In this document: piece by piece, positions 1 to 9,309 of the stretch
Layout: each line of letters begins with the position of its first letter
How positions within the stretch are numbered: position 1 is the stretch's first letter
Source: Bacillota bacterium
GTDB taxonomy: Bacteria > Bacillota > Clostridia > Acetivibrionales > JANLFN01
DNA: 64,000 nucleotides
Direction: 5' to 3'
Assembly: GCA_030705825.1 (NCBI GenBank)
Contig: JAUZPR010000003.1
Span: 5,341-69,340, forward strand
Translations under genes and position numbers: made by a program
Notes under the pieces: model-generated
What the model saw: the letters and a program-made list of their open reading frames with translations, nothing else
Told to the model about the DNA's origin: nothing
Database searches by the model: none

Positions 1-519
1 GCTTATATGAACACAGGAATCCAGAGGTCTTCTGCTACCCCAAAATATGCCGATACTACAACATCCCCCGCCGGAAAGAAAATCCCCGGCAAACAGCAGT
101 GGAGAAAAGACCTGACTGAAATCATGGTAGAACATCATCTCCCTTATGTTGCCCAAACGGCAGCTATCGGGAACATGAAAGACCTTCACGAAAAATCCGA
201 AAAAGCTTTATATACAAAGGGTCCGACGTTTATGAATGTCCTTGCACCGTGTCCAAGAGGCTGGCAGTACAATACCCCCGATTTGATGGATATAAACAAG
301 CTTGCTGTGGAAACCTGCTTCTGGCCTTTATATGAGGTGATTGACGGCAAATATGTTGTTAACTATAAACCAAAAAACAAGCTTCCCGTCAAAGAATTCC
401 TAAAGCCTCAAAACAGATTCAAACACATATTCAAGCCTGGTAACGAATATATGCTGGAAGAAATCCAGGAGGAGACCGACAAGAGATGGGAGCATCTGCT
501 TAAGCTTGCCGGAGAATAA
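1..519 (+). CDS. 2-oxoacid:ferredoxin oxidoreductase beta (TPP-binding) subunit, PorB/VorB family; 3' fragment entering from the window edge
   Basis: The frame is open back to nt 1. C-terminal motifs VLAPCPRGW, LAVETCFWPLYEV, GKYVVNYKP and RFKHIF are typical of pyruvate/2-ketoisovalerate:ferredoxin oxidoreductase beta subunits. A hairpin plus T-run follows. Confidence 0.8.
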   Translation, partial: AYMNTGIQRSSATPKYADTTTSPAGKKIPGKQQWRKDLTEIMVEHHLPYVAQTAAIGNMKDLHEKSEKALYTKGPTFMNVLAPCPRGWQYNTPDLMDINKLAVETCFWPLYEVIDGKYVVNYKPKNKLPVKEFLKPQNRFKHIFKPGNEYMLEEIQEETDKRWEHLLKLAGE

Positions 520-594
520 TAACTATCTGCTTAATGAATGCAACCAGGGGCTTAAATAAGATTTTATATATTTGTATAACTGTGTAGGTTACTG

Positions 595-629
595 TCCATG
601 ATTATTAATACAATCATGGATATTTTTTT
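595..629 (+). terminator. rho-independent terminator after the oxidoreductase gene
   Basis: TCCATGATT (595-603) pairs with AATCATGGA (612-620), followed by TATTTTTTT. Confidence 0.65.
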
Positions 630-651
630 GGGAGTACTTAAAGGTAAATGA

Positions 652-1893
652 ATGGGACATAGAAAATATACAATAATTCTGATTGAAGTGATAAGCGCTT
701 CGTTTATCATAAAACTGATATTCATTTTTAAATATGGCAATTCAATAAACCTTGCCAGTGATGATCTTAATTACATCAAAAGCGCTGTTCTTCTGCTTAA
801 GAAGGGTATGTTCACTTACTCCTCACCAAATGAACCTACTGTTTTTATAATGCCTCTTTTCCCCTATTTTCTGGCGGGGGTTTTCAGGGTTTTTGGTTCA
901 GGCCTGGTGGGACTTCAGGCTGTCAGAATAATTCAAGCAGCTTTTAGTTGTTTGACAATATACTTGATTTTTCTTACTGCAAAGTATCTGTTCGACCTGA
1001 AAATTGCATTACTTTCCTCAATATTTGTGGCTTTTTATATACCTGGCATTGTTACAACCGGATACATACTGACGGAGACAGTTTTTACAACTCTGCTCAT
1101 TCTACTATTGTATCTTTCCTTAAAATTTTCACATCACCCTACATATCCCCGTTTCATTATTCTTGGGCTGGTATGGGCACTTGCAACCATGATGCGTCCA
1201 ACTATAGGGCTGTATCCTGTTTTACTGTTCGTTTACCTGCTTATCCGCTTCCGCTGTAAACCTGTACGGCTGATCAAATACGGACTCGTTATGGCCTTGC
1301 CGTTTATTATCGTAATGTCGCCCTGGTGGATAAGAAATTACTCGGAATTCGGAGAATTCATACCTCTGTCGGCATCTGCAGGAAATCCCATGCTTCAGGG
1401 TACATATATCAATTACATACAGACACCTGAAAATGTAACTTATTATAAACTGGGAAGGAATGCCTATGAAACAAACAAAATTGAGATAGATGTTGCAAAG
1501 AAACGTATGTCAGAAGGTTTTAAAAATGATTTTACCGGATACCTGTATTGGTATACCCTCGGTAAAACAAAATATTTATGGTCGGGTCCGTTTTACTGGC
1601 AGCGGTATTTCGGTATAAGCTACAAGCTTGTACTGGCATATCACTCTGTTATTCTTTTAGGCTTTGCAGGTATATTCATGCTAAACCGGAAAAAACTGTT
1701 GAAGCTTATGCTACCGCTTTGTATAATGCTTTATTTCAACATAATTCACTGTTTTTATATGGCCTTCGACAGGTACGCTTTCCCTCTTATACCAATATTG
1801 TCGATACTTGCAGCCTGTTTCTGGATCAATGTATATAATTTTATAAAAGGCCCGGGGAAAAAAGCTGAGGCTGTCTCTTCAGATGCCGTTTAA
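652..1893 (+). CDS. polytopic membrane glycosyltransferase, GT-C fold (ArnT / PMT-like, GT39/GT83 type)
   Basis: 413 aa with about 10 hydrophobic helices. It has an acidic DD motif in the first loop (ASDDLNY) and the overall layout of ArnT/PMT_2 proteins. Assignment is by family resemblance only. Confidence 0.55.
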   Translation: MGHRKYTIILIEVISASFIIKLIFIFKYGNSINLASDDLNYIKSAVLLLKKGMFTYSSPNEPTVFIMPLFPYFLAGVFRVFGSGLVGLQAVRIIQAAFSCLTIYLIFLTAKYLFDLKIALLSSIFVAFYIPGIVTTGYILTETVFTTLLILLLYLSLKFSHHPTYPRFIILGLVWALATMMRPTIGLYPVLLFVYLLIRFRCKPVRLIKYGLVMALPFIIVMSPWWIRNYSEFGEFIPLSASAGNPMLQGTYINYIQTPENVTYYKLGRNAYETNKIEIDVAKKRMSEGFKNDFTGYLYWYTLGKTKYLWSGPFYWQRYFGISYKLVLAYHSVILLGFAGIFMLNRKKLLKLMLPLCIMLYFNIIHCFYMAFDRYAFPLIPILSILAACFWINVYNFIKGPGKKAEAVSSDAV

Positions 1894-2031
1894 TAGCCGT
1901 TCCTTTTTGCAACGTTCCACATTTCAATTCTACAGCCTTCATATTCAGCATATATTTTTATTGAATCTATAGTTATTTCGGTAACATATCTTAGCTCCCG
2001 GCATTAAAATAGCCATTATGGAGGTTTAAAT

Positions 2032-3018
2032 ATGCAGGATATAGGCAAAATCGTTGCAGAGAAATATGATCTGGAAATTAAAAATATTTTCCCTTTCAGG
2101 GATTCCTTTATTATAAATACAGTAAAGGGCAAAAAGATTGTTAAAAAAAATCCTCTTTCTCCTGAAAGGATATCATTTATTCATGGAGCCAAGGAGCACC
2201 TTTATAAAAACAACTTTAAAAATCTGGACAGATATCTGTGTACAACCGAAGGAGCTCCCTGCTTTATAGCAGAGGATACCTGTTATACAGTATCTGATGT
2301 CATTGAGGGAACAGAATGCAACTTTGAGAATGAGGCAGACATCATTAGGGCTTCAAACCTGCTTGCATCCCTTCACAAAGCCTCAAGGGGCTATATACCG
2401 CTTGAGAACTCAATACCCAGAAATGAGTTGGGGAAATTACCCGGATATTTTTATAAAAGGCTTGAAGATATTAAAAAGCTAAAAAAGGCTGCTAAGAAAG
2501 GCCGTAGTAAGTTTGACTACCTTTTTTTAGACTATGTTGACTATTTTTACAATCTTGGTGAGAATACACTTGGCATGCTCGTTTCATCAAAATACGACCA
2601 AATGGTTAAAACCGCCGAAAGTGAAGGTATTTTCTGCCATCACGACTTTACCCAGTACAATATTGTATCTTGCTCTGAGAAGCTTTTTCTTACCAATTTT
2701 GAATACTGCTGCTTTGAACTGAAAGTATATGATATCGTAAATTTTATAAGGCGAAAGATGAGAAAATGTAACTGGGATATTAATGAAGCCCGGATAATTG
2801 TAGATGAGTATAAAAAAACCGAAACTTTAGGAGAAGACGACCTTCTGATTATGAAAATACTCCTGCAGTTCCCCCAAAAATTCTGGAGAGTTGCCAACAG
2901 GTATTACAACAGCAGAAGGAGCTGGTCAGAGAGGATTTTTATATCCAAACTTCAGGAAGTTATAGATGAAATAGAAGGCCACAGGAGCTTCCTGGACAGC
3001 TTTGATATTTTATACTAG
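2032..3018 (+). CDS. CotS-family spore coat protein (kinase-like phosphotransferase fold)
   Basis: 328 aa. It has the kinase-like catalytic loop FCHHDFTQYN (HxDxxxxN) and the length and layout of CotS/YutH proteins. It sits next to yabG in a sporulation neighbourhood. RBS GGAGG lies upstream of the ATG. Confidence 0.7.
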   Translation: MQDIGKIVAEKYDLEIKNIFPFRDSFIINTVKGKKIVKKNPLSPERISFIHGAKEHLYKNNFKNLDRYLCTTEGAPCFIAEDTCYTVSDVIEGTECNFENEADIIRASNLLASLHKASRGYIPLENSIPRNELGKLPGYFYKRLEDIKKLKKAAKKGRSKFDYLFLDYVDYFYNLGENTLGMLVSSKYDQMVKTAESEGIFCHHDFTQYNIVSCSEKLFLTNFEYCCFELKVYDIVNFIRRKMRKCNWDINEARIIVDEYKKTETLGEDDLLIMKILLQFPQKFWRVANRYYNSRRSWSERIFISKLQEVIDEIEGHRSFLDSFDILY

Positions 3019-3160
3019 TCTTCTGTCAAGAAACAGATAGCATCTTAGTCCGTCCCACATAATGTCTGAAGCTCCAATTTACATAATATTGATAATGTGT
3101 AACCCGTTCATATGCCCAGCCATATTATGTATTAAAGCTTTGGGTATGTGAAAGGTGGAT

Positions 3161-4039
3161 ATGATGAGCGGCTTCGTAACTGGTGATATTGTAGCAAGAA
3201 AATCCTATGGATCTGATATTTTATTCAAAGTAACAGATATAACAAAAGACGGAAAGCTTAGTATTTTAGTACTCAAAGGTATAGCTTACAGGATTCAGGC
3301 AGATGCGCCGGAATCCGATCTTATATTGCAGAATGAACAAAGTATAAACAACTATAATCTGAATGTAAAAAAGGTTATTGACAAAAAATGCTTGGAACTT
3401 GAATCCAAAGATAATATAACCGGCTTAAAAAGGGTGGTCTCCCGACGCACGGGAAAAAACAATTCAAAGAATTTCCCTCATCCGGGAAAAGTACTTCATA
3501 TAGACGGGGATAGTGTATATCTGAAAGCATGCTTAACACAATACCAAAAATTCAATATTGAGGCAGTAGGAAAAAATATAAAGGAATGTGATCAACCAGC
3601 CTGCGTCTATGATCTTTTATGCAAACACAAGCCTGATATTCTGGTTCTTACAGGTCACGACGGTTACACCAGGGGTAAAGACAACTATCTGAATATTGAT
3701 AATTACAAAAATTCAAAATACTTTATCGAAGGCGTAAAAATAGCCAGAAAATATCAGCCTGACCTTGATAATCTCGTTATATTCGCAGGGGCTTGTCAGT
3801 CCATGTATGGCGAATTAATCAAATCGGGCGCTAATTTTGCCAGCTCACCCGAGAGAGTACTCATACATTCTCTGGACCCGGTATTTGTCTGCAAAAAAAT
3901 TGCTTATACCGGAATTGAAAAAACACTTCAGCCTCTGGATGTAATTTCTGCTACTATTACAGGGGTAAAGGGTATTGGCGGTTTGCAGACCCGCGGGAAA
4001 TACAGGGACGGATTTCCTCTGGAACCATACGATAAATAG
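3161..4039 (+). CDS. yabG: sporulation-specific protease YabG
   Basis: Strong resemblance to the YabG peptidase family (LVLTGHDG..., FAGACQS region). It shows the conserved yabG-veg linkage known from Bacillus. The ORF is open from GTG 3155; ATG 3161/3164 follow RBS AAAGGTGG, so the start is uncertain by 1-3 codons. Confidence 0.85.
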   Translation: MMSGFVTGDIVARKSYGSDILFKVTDITKDGKLSILVLKGIAYRIQADAPESDLILQNEQSINNYNLNVKKVIDKKCLELESKDNITGLKRVVSRRTGKNNSKNFPHPGKVLHIDGDSVYLKACLTQYQKFNIEAVGKNIKECDQPACVYDLLCKHKPDILVLTGHDGYTRGKDNYLNIDNYKNSKYFIEGVKIARKYQPDLDNLVIFAGACQSMYGELIKSGANFASSPERVLIHSLDPVFVCKKIAYTGIEKTLQPLDVISATITGVKGIGGLQTRGKYRDGFPLEPYDK

Positions 4040-4179
4040 TCTGGTCAGGTTGCTGCTAAATTCCTTCCAATATTTTGAAATCAAAGGTTTTATAGGTATC
4101 AGTAATTCTTTATATTATAAATCCTAAAAATACCTATATGGTCCAACACGGGAAAGTTGAGGCTTTTGTTAAAAAATAC

Positions 4180-4209
4180 TTGACATAATTAATTTTTGCC
4201 TGTTATAAT
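4180..4209 (+). promoter_or_regulatory. candidate sigma-A promoter veg-P1
   Basis: TTGACA (4180-4185), 18-nt spacer, TGTTATAAT extended -10 (4201-4209). Confidence 0.5.
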
Positions 4210-4220
4210 ATATAATCCTT

Positions 4221-4249
4221 TTGACAATCACCATACTCCGTGATATAAT
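4221..4249 (+). promoter_or_regulatory. consensus sigma-A promoter veg-P2
   Basis: Perfect TTGACA (4221-4226), 17-nt spacer, TGaTATAAT (TG 4241-4242, TATAAT 4244-4249), about 30 nt upstream of the veg start. Confidence 0.75.
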
Positions 4250-4278
4250 ATTGATAAACAGAAGATGAGGTGATTTAG

Positions 4279-4545
4279 TTGATAGAAAAAACCGATCTGT
4301 TTCAGATAAAAAGAGATATTGAAAACTGCATAGGACAAAAAGTTCAATTAAAAGCCAATAAAGGCAGAAAAAAGGCATTTATTAGAGAAGGAGTTCTTGA
4401 AAACACCTATCCAAGCATCTTTATAGTAAAATTCGAAAATGATTATGATACCACGAGAAGAGTTTCATACAGTTATACTGATATATTGACTAAAGCTGTA
4501 GAGTTAGTGGTTTGTAAGGATAATAAAAAGATTCAGGTCAGCTGA
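4279..4545 (+). CDS. veg: Veg protein (biofilm/sporulation-associated small DNA-binding-like protein)
   Basis: 88 aa. IKRDIENCIGQKVQLKANKGRKK...GVLENTYPSIFIVKF...RRVSYSYTDILT is the conserved Veg sequence. TTG start follows RBS GAGGTGA. Confidence 0.9.
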   Translation: MIEKTDLFQIKRDIENCIGQKVQLKANKGRKKAFIREGVLENTYPSIFIVKFENDYDTTRRVSYSYTDILTKAVELVVCKDNKKIQVS

Positions 4546-4595
4546 TGGTGTTTATGGGAAAATCTTAAATCAAAAATTTGCCCAAGAGGTATTGT

Positions 4596-4632
4596 AAAAC
4601 AGCCGGATTAATAACCCGGCTGTTTTATTTTA
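4596..4632 (+). terminator. rho-independent terminator after veg
   Basis: AAAACAGCCGG (4596-4606) pairs with CCGGCTGTTTT (4616-4626), followed by a T-rich tail. Confidence 0.8.
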
Positions 4633-4798
4633 TTTAAATTAAACCGGTTATCCCCATTGCTTCCAATCTTAATTTATATTGATTTTCAGCTATCTATTCT
4701 CATCTTCAATCAAACATTCTGTAATATTTTAGAGGTCATGCCAATATAAATTAAATGAGATATATAGGTAGGTAAGTAAAGCAAGGGGAGGATTAAAC

Positions 4799-6364
4799 AT
4801 GTCTGTCGAACTGATTAAGGAATCGGTAAGGGTATTTCAGGCAATAGGGGATGAACTGGCACAGACAATTTTTGAAAATGATATAATCGTACCAGATACA
4901 AAGCCGGACGTTGCACACATACTATTACTGGATGGCAATACTTTTATCAAATCCGCCGAAGTACTTCAGGATACGGTACAGATTAATGGCGGAATCAATT
5001 ACAAGATCCTATATATACCCGATGAACCGGACCAAAGCATAAAAAGTATAAATACAAGTTCCTCTTTTTCACAGGAAATAGATGTGCCGGGTGCGCGCAC
5101 AGGAATGAAGTGCGTTTTGAAACCTGATATTGAGCATATTGATTTTAATATTCTTAATGGAAGAAAAATAAATACCAAGGCTATTGTAAAGATGAATATC
5201 AAGGTAACTGATGAAATAGAAATAGGAGTTGTAAATGGCTTAAGAGGCCTTGATAATGTACAGGAACAGAAAGAAACGGTTAATATAAACTGCTGCACCG
5301 GTATGGGAGATGCCACCTATGTGGCAAACGAAAGCCTGGAGGTTCCTGCAGGCAAACCCACTATCAGGGAAATATTAAGGAATGATGTAAAAATAACAGG
5401 CAAGGAATGTAAGCCGGCAGACAACAAGGTCATCGTCAAAGGCGATCTTAACCTTTCAACACTTTATCTTCCCGAGGACGAAAGCCAGGGAATACAGTAC
5501 ATGGAGCATGAAATCCCATTCTCCCAGCTGGTCGACTTAAACGGTGCAGACGAAGACAGCGTTTGTGATGTCCAATGCGAAATAGCAGATAGCAATATTG
5601 TCCCAGCCGAAGATAGTGACGGAGAGCTCCGTAACCTGAATACCGAAATAACCTTGAAACTAAACGTATCAGGATACTCCAGAAAGGCCTTCGATATAAT
5701 TTCAGATGCATTCGGACCCCGTATGCGTTTGGATTTTGAAAAGGAATCCTTCAGGCTGGAGGAAGTTGTAGCCGAGAACAGGAGCCAGATAATTCTTAAG
5801 GATACAATTACAACCGACGGGGAAACTCCAGGCATTTCGGAAGTGTTCAATGTTCTGTGCAAGCCGGTTTTATCCGACTATTCGGTTACAGATAATAAAA
5901 TTGTACTTGAAGGTGCGGTTAAGGACAGTATCCTGTATCTTTCCAACACAGCCGAGCAGCCCATATCCTGCTGCGAACAGGAGGTTTTGTTCAGACACGG
6001 CATAGATATCAAGGGAATCAAACCCGATATGAAATGTGATGTGGATCTTGCCGTAGAACACTGTAATTACAGCATGGTATCTTCAACAGAAGTTGAAGTC
6101 AGATTGGTTATAGGCGTATCGGTAAAGGTAGTAAAGGAATATTCACTGCCTTTGATATCAAAAGTTACCGAGCATCCCACAGATGACAAACGTGCAGCCG
6201 CTGCGCCAAGTATAACCTTATACTTCCCGCAGCAGGGTGATACACTTTGGAAAATTGCCAAGAAATATTGTATACCCATGCAGGACATACAAAAAGTAAA
6301 TAATCTGGATGAAGATGAGTTGAATGAGGGGCAGCAAATCATTATTCCCCGTGCTCTGCTATAA
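4799..6364 (+). CDS. DUF3794 repeat + C-terminal LysM domain protein (SipL-like spore-coat morphogenetic protein)
   Basis: 521 aa. It has internally repeated beta-rich modules and a C-terminal LysM (ITLYFPQQGDTLWKIAKKYCIPMQDIQKVNNL...GQQIIIP). Its position between yabG/veg and ispE matches, to my recollection, where C. difficile SipL is encoded. Confidence 0.65.
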   Translation: MSVELIKESVRVFQAIGDELAQTIFENDIIVPDTKPDVAHILLLDGNTFIKSAEVLQDTVQINGGINYKILYIPDEPDQSIKSINTSSSFSQEIDVPGARTGMKCVLKPDIEHIDFNILNGRKINTKAIVKMNIKVTDEIEIGVVNGLRGLDNVQEQKETVNINCCTGMGDATYVANESLEVPAGKPTIREILRNDVKITGKECKPADNKVIVKGDLNLSTLYLPEDESQGIQYMEHEIPFSQLVDLNGADEDSVCDVQCEIADSNIVPAEDSDGELRNLNTEITLKLNVSGYSRKAFDIISDAFGPRMRLDFEKESFRLEEVVAENRSQIILKDTITTDGETPGISEVFNVLCKPVLSDYSVTDNKIVLEGAVKDSILYLSNTAEQPISCCEQEVLFRHGIDIKGIKPDMKCDVDLAVEHCNYSMVSSTEVEVRLVIGVSVKVVKEYSLPLISKVTEHPTDDKRAAAAPSITLYFPQQGDTLWKIAKKYCIPMQDIQKVNNLDEDELNEGQQIIIPRALL

Positions 6365-6422
6365 CTAATAAAAGGTTCTAATATCATCCCAGTGTATTAA
6401 AATCAGTGTTTTTATAAAATTG

Positions 6423-6456
6423 AAGTGCCTGAACTTATGATATCAGGCACTTTTTA
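6423..6456 (+). terminator. rho-independent terminator
   Basis: AAGTGCCTGA (6423-6432) pairs with TCAGGCACTT (6443-6452), followed by TTTAT. Confidence 0.8.
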
Positions 6457-6539
6457 TTGTAATGTTCATGTATTTTGTATATAATATATTTAAAATTTGT
6501 CGTTATCTTATACTACTAATTTTAATAATTGAGGAACTA

Positions 6540-7403
6540 ATGAATTCAATAGAAATTAAAGCTCCGGCTAAAATAAATCTATCACTTGATGTACTAAGGA
6601 AGAGGCCTGACGGTTATCATGATATCCGTATGCTTATGCAGACAGTCGAACTCCATGATAATGTCCGTATCGAGCCCTGCGGAAACGGTGTTGAAGTTAT
6701 TTGCAGCAATCCGGACGTTCCTTCCGGCACCAGGAATATAGCCTATAAAGCGGCATATCTTTTAAAGGAGTTTTACTCCATTAATTCAGGTGTACTGATC
6801 AAAATAGATAAACGGATTCCGGTTGCCGCCGGTCTGGCAGGTGGTAGCACAGACGCGGCAGCAGTTTTAAAAGGAATGAATATTCTTTTTTCAATCGGCT
6901 TGAAAGATGATGAATTGGCAAGTATCGGCAAAAGTGTGGGAGCTGACGTACCCTACTGCTTAAGAGGCGGTACAATGCTGGCTGAAGGTATAGGCGAAAT
7001 ATTAACCCCTGTTTCTTCCCTGCCCAGAATTGAACTTGTACTTGTAAAGCCCAGGCTGAGTGTTTCAACACAATGGGTCTACAGCAGCCTTAACCTGGAA
7101 AAAATCAGGCTTCGCCCTGAAACGGACAAGCTGATAAAAGCGTTTGAAGACAATAATCTTGAATATATAGCGGAAAATATGGTAAATGTCCTTGAGACAG
7201 TTACTGCTCAAAAATATGAAGTGATAATTGAAATAAGAAAAAGACTTATGGAAGAAGGGGCTCTTGGGAGCATGATGAGCGGTAGCGGCCCTACTGTCTT
7301 CGGAATATTCCGGGACAGGCAGTCTTCGGAAAAAGCTTGCAAATCCATACTGGATGAACGATGGGATACTTATCAGACATATACTGTTACAAATCTTTTA
7401 TAA
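6540..7403 (+). CDS. ispE: 4-diphosphocytidyl-2-C-methyl-D-erythritol kinase
   Basis: It has a GHMP-kinase motif (PVAAGLAGGSTDAAA) and the N-terminus KAPAKINLSLDV typical of IspE. ATG 6540 follows RBS GAGGAA. The ORF-track start at 6462 lies inside the upstream terminator region and is unlikely. Confidence 0.9.
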   Translation: MNSIEIKAPAKINLSLDVLRKRPDGYHDIRMLMQTVELHDNVRIEPCGNGVEVICSNPDVPSGTRNIAYKAAYLLKEFYSINSGVLIKIDKRIPVAAGLAGGSTDAAAVLKGMNILFSIGLKDDELASIGKSVGADVPYCLRGGTMLAEGIGEILTPVSSLPRIELVLVKPRLSVSTQWVYSSLNLEKIRLRPETDKLIKAFEDNNLEYIAENMVNVLETVTAQKYEVIIEIRKRLMEEGALGSMMSGSGPTVFGIFRDRQSSEKACKSILDERWDTYQTYTVTNLL

Positions 7404-7418
7404 AGAAGGAGATATATT

Positions 7419-8111
7419 ATGGCCGGAAGACTATCCAAAATTAATTTGAATGATTACAAACCTCTTAGAGAAGTTATTTTCAACACTTTGAGAGATGCTA
7501 TAATAGTCGGTGAATTAAAGCCCGGAGAAAGACTCATGGAAGTCAAGCTTGCAGAAAAAATGGGAGTAAGCAGGACTCCCGTACGCGAAGCAATACGTAA
7601 ACTTGAACTTGAAGGCCTGGTAAATATGATTCCCAGAAAAGGTGCCCATGTTGCGGATCTTTCGGTTAAGGATATAGTTGATGTCCTTGAGGTAAGAGCT
7701 TCTCTGGATGGCCTTTCGGCTGCACTTTCGGCAGAGAGGATCAAGGACGAGGAGCTTAAGGAGCTTAATCATGTTAATGACCAGTTTATTAATGCTGTGG
7801 AGAAGGAGAATCTTCAGGTTTCAATCAAAAAGGATGTCGAGTTCCATGAAATAATATACCGTTCCTCCCGGAATGACAAGCTCATGCAGATAATATTCAA
7901 TCTGAGGGAACAGGTTCAAAGATTCAGGGTAATATACCTCAAGGAATATATTAACCAGGAGGAATTAATAAAGGAACATATGGATATATACCAGTCAATC
8001 TCGGCAAGAAATCCCGAATTGTCCATGGAATTTGCTAAAAAGCATATAAAAAGCCAACAGGAATCCATACTGAAGGCAATCAAGAAGCAGTGGACGATGG
8101 ACGAGGATTAA
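7419..8111 (+). CDS. GntR-family transcriptional regulator, FadR/FCD subfamily
   Basis: It has an N-terminal winged HTH (GERLMEVKLAEKMGVSRTPVREAIRKLELEGLV) and a C-terminal all-helical FCD-like domain. Confidence 0.85.
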   Translation: MAGRLSKINLNDYKPLREVIFNTLRDAIIVGELKPGERLMEVKLAEKMGVSRTPVREAIRKLELEGLVNMIPRKGAHVADLSVKDIVDVLEVRASLDGLSAALSAERIKDEELKELNHVNDQFINAVEKENLQVSIKKDVEFHEIIYRSSRNDKLMQIIFNLREQVQRFRVIYLKEYINQEELIKEHMDIYQSISARNPELSMEFAKKHIKSQQESILKAIKKQWTMDED

Positions 8112-8150
8112 CCCTCACCCCCAACCCCTCTCCCACATCAGGAGAGGGGA
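8112..8150. repeat. GC-rich palindromic intergenic element, truncated copy 1
   Basis: CCCTCACCCCCAACCCCTCTCCCACATCAGGAGAGGGGA. The inner hairpin is CCCCTCTCC/GGAGAGGGG. It shares its core with the copies at 11497 and 41166. Confidence 0.85.
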
Positions 8151-8165
8151 GATATTAAGGTCTTT

Positions 8166-8378
8166 TCACTGTATTACCTCATACCCCATCCCAGAAACCC
8201 TTTTCCTTATGTCCGTTGCGTTTACGGTATCAGGGTCATAGTCTACAGTTACATTTTGTGTTTTAAGATCTACTTCCACCTTCCCTATTCCATTCATTGC
8301 TTTTATTTTATCCTGAATTTTGTTTGAACATACACTGCAAGATATGGACGGCACGTTAAAAACAGTGGTTTCCATCAA
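8166..8378 (-). CDS. heavy-metal-associated (HMA) domain metallochaperone, CopZ-like
   Basis: 70 aa with a ferredoxin-like HMA layout and the CxxC metal motif (SISCSVCS). No adjacent P-type ATPase or repressor. Confidence 0.75.
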   Translation of the reverse strand: MMETTVFNVPSISCSVCSNKIQDKIKAMNGIGKVEVDLKTQNVTVDYDPDTVNATDIRKRVSGMGYEVIQ

Positions 8379-8601
8379 TCTCCTCCTTACAACTAATTAT
8401 TTTTGTTATAATTTGTATATATAAGACAAGAATAAACTTATAAAAATTATGTTGTTATTGTGTGTAATGGATTTGAATATTATTATGCAATATTTTGTAA
8501 ACAACATTAATTTAAGCTTGCAAAAAAATATTGATGTGATATTATTTTTTTAAGTTTTGTACAGAGCTCTGTGATTATAGAAGGGCTTGGAGGTGTAATA
8601 A

Positions 8602-9309
8602 TTGGACAAACCTAAAATATTGGTTATAATACCTGCATATAATGAAGAAAAAAGCATACATACGGTAATAAGAAAATTAAAACTTCATTCAGATATAGAT
8701 ATTCTTGTAGTTGATGACGGTTCTGTGGATATGACCTTCAAAAAGGCAGCTCTTGAGGGAGTCAAGGTTGTCCGTCTGCCCTTCAATTTAGGTATTGGAG
8801 GAGCTATGCAGACAGGCTACATGTACGCTCGTGATAACGGATATGATATAGCTATCCAGGTTGATGCCGACGGGCAGCATGATCCGGTATACCTTAATGA
8901 ACTGATAAAGCCCTTGACTGAAAAGAAATGCGATATGGTCATAGGTTCCCGGTATGTTGCACAAACCGCTTATAAATCACCCATATCCAGACGCGCGGGG
9001 ATGATATTCTTTTCCTGGCTGGTGCATTTGCTTACGGGAAATACAATAAAAGATACAACTTCAGGCTTCCGGGCAGTTAACCGGGGCATAATAGAATATT
9101 TTGCAGAAAATTATCCCACGGATTATCCTGAGGTAGACGTACTTGTAAGGCTGCACAAGAAATCCTTCAAGATGTGTGAAATTCCTGTTGAAATGAAGGA
9201 ACGGCAAGGCGGAAAGTCTTCCATTACCCCTTTAAAATCCTTGTATTATATGATAAAGGTAAGTCTTGCTTTATTTATCAATTCACTTCGTTCGGGGGAT
9301 ATGGTATGA
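8602..9309 (+). CDS. family 2 glycosyltransferase (polyprenol-phosphate sugar synthase-like, GtrB/DPM1 type)
   Basis: ILVIIPAYNEE, VVDDGSVD and QVDADGQHDP motifs (DxD-type GT-A). TTG start follows RBS GGAGGTG. Confidence 0.85.
   Translation: MDKPKILVIIPAYNEEKSIHTVIRKLKLHSDIDILVVDDGSVDMTFKKAALEGVKVVRLPFNLGIGGAMQTGYMYARDNGYDIAIQVDADGQHDPVYLNELIKPLTEKKCDMVIGSRYVAQTAYKSPISRRAGMIFFSWLVHLLTGNTIKDTTSGFRAVNRGIIEYFAENYPTDYPEVDVLVRLHKKSFKMCEIPVEMKERQGGKSSITPLKSLYYMIKVSLALFINSLRSGDMV

Noticed and set aside
6462-6539. Upstream extensions of ispE (6462), the triple-GAF gene (15655), TVP38 (34087), parA (44930) and gltD (31791)
   Set aside because: In each case an internal start with a proper Shine-Dalgarno sequence gives the family-typical N-terminus. 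The longer forms overlap terminators or upstream genes.
8166-8378. copZ-like gene as part of a copper-resistance operon
   Set aside because: There is no CopA-type ATPase and no CsoR/CopY repressor gene nearby. I found no cop-box (TACAnnTGTA) in the 8379-8601 upstream region. I treat it as an orphan metallochaperone.
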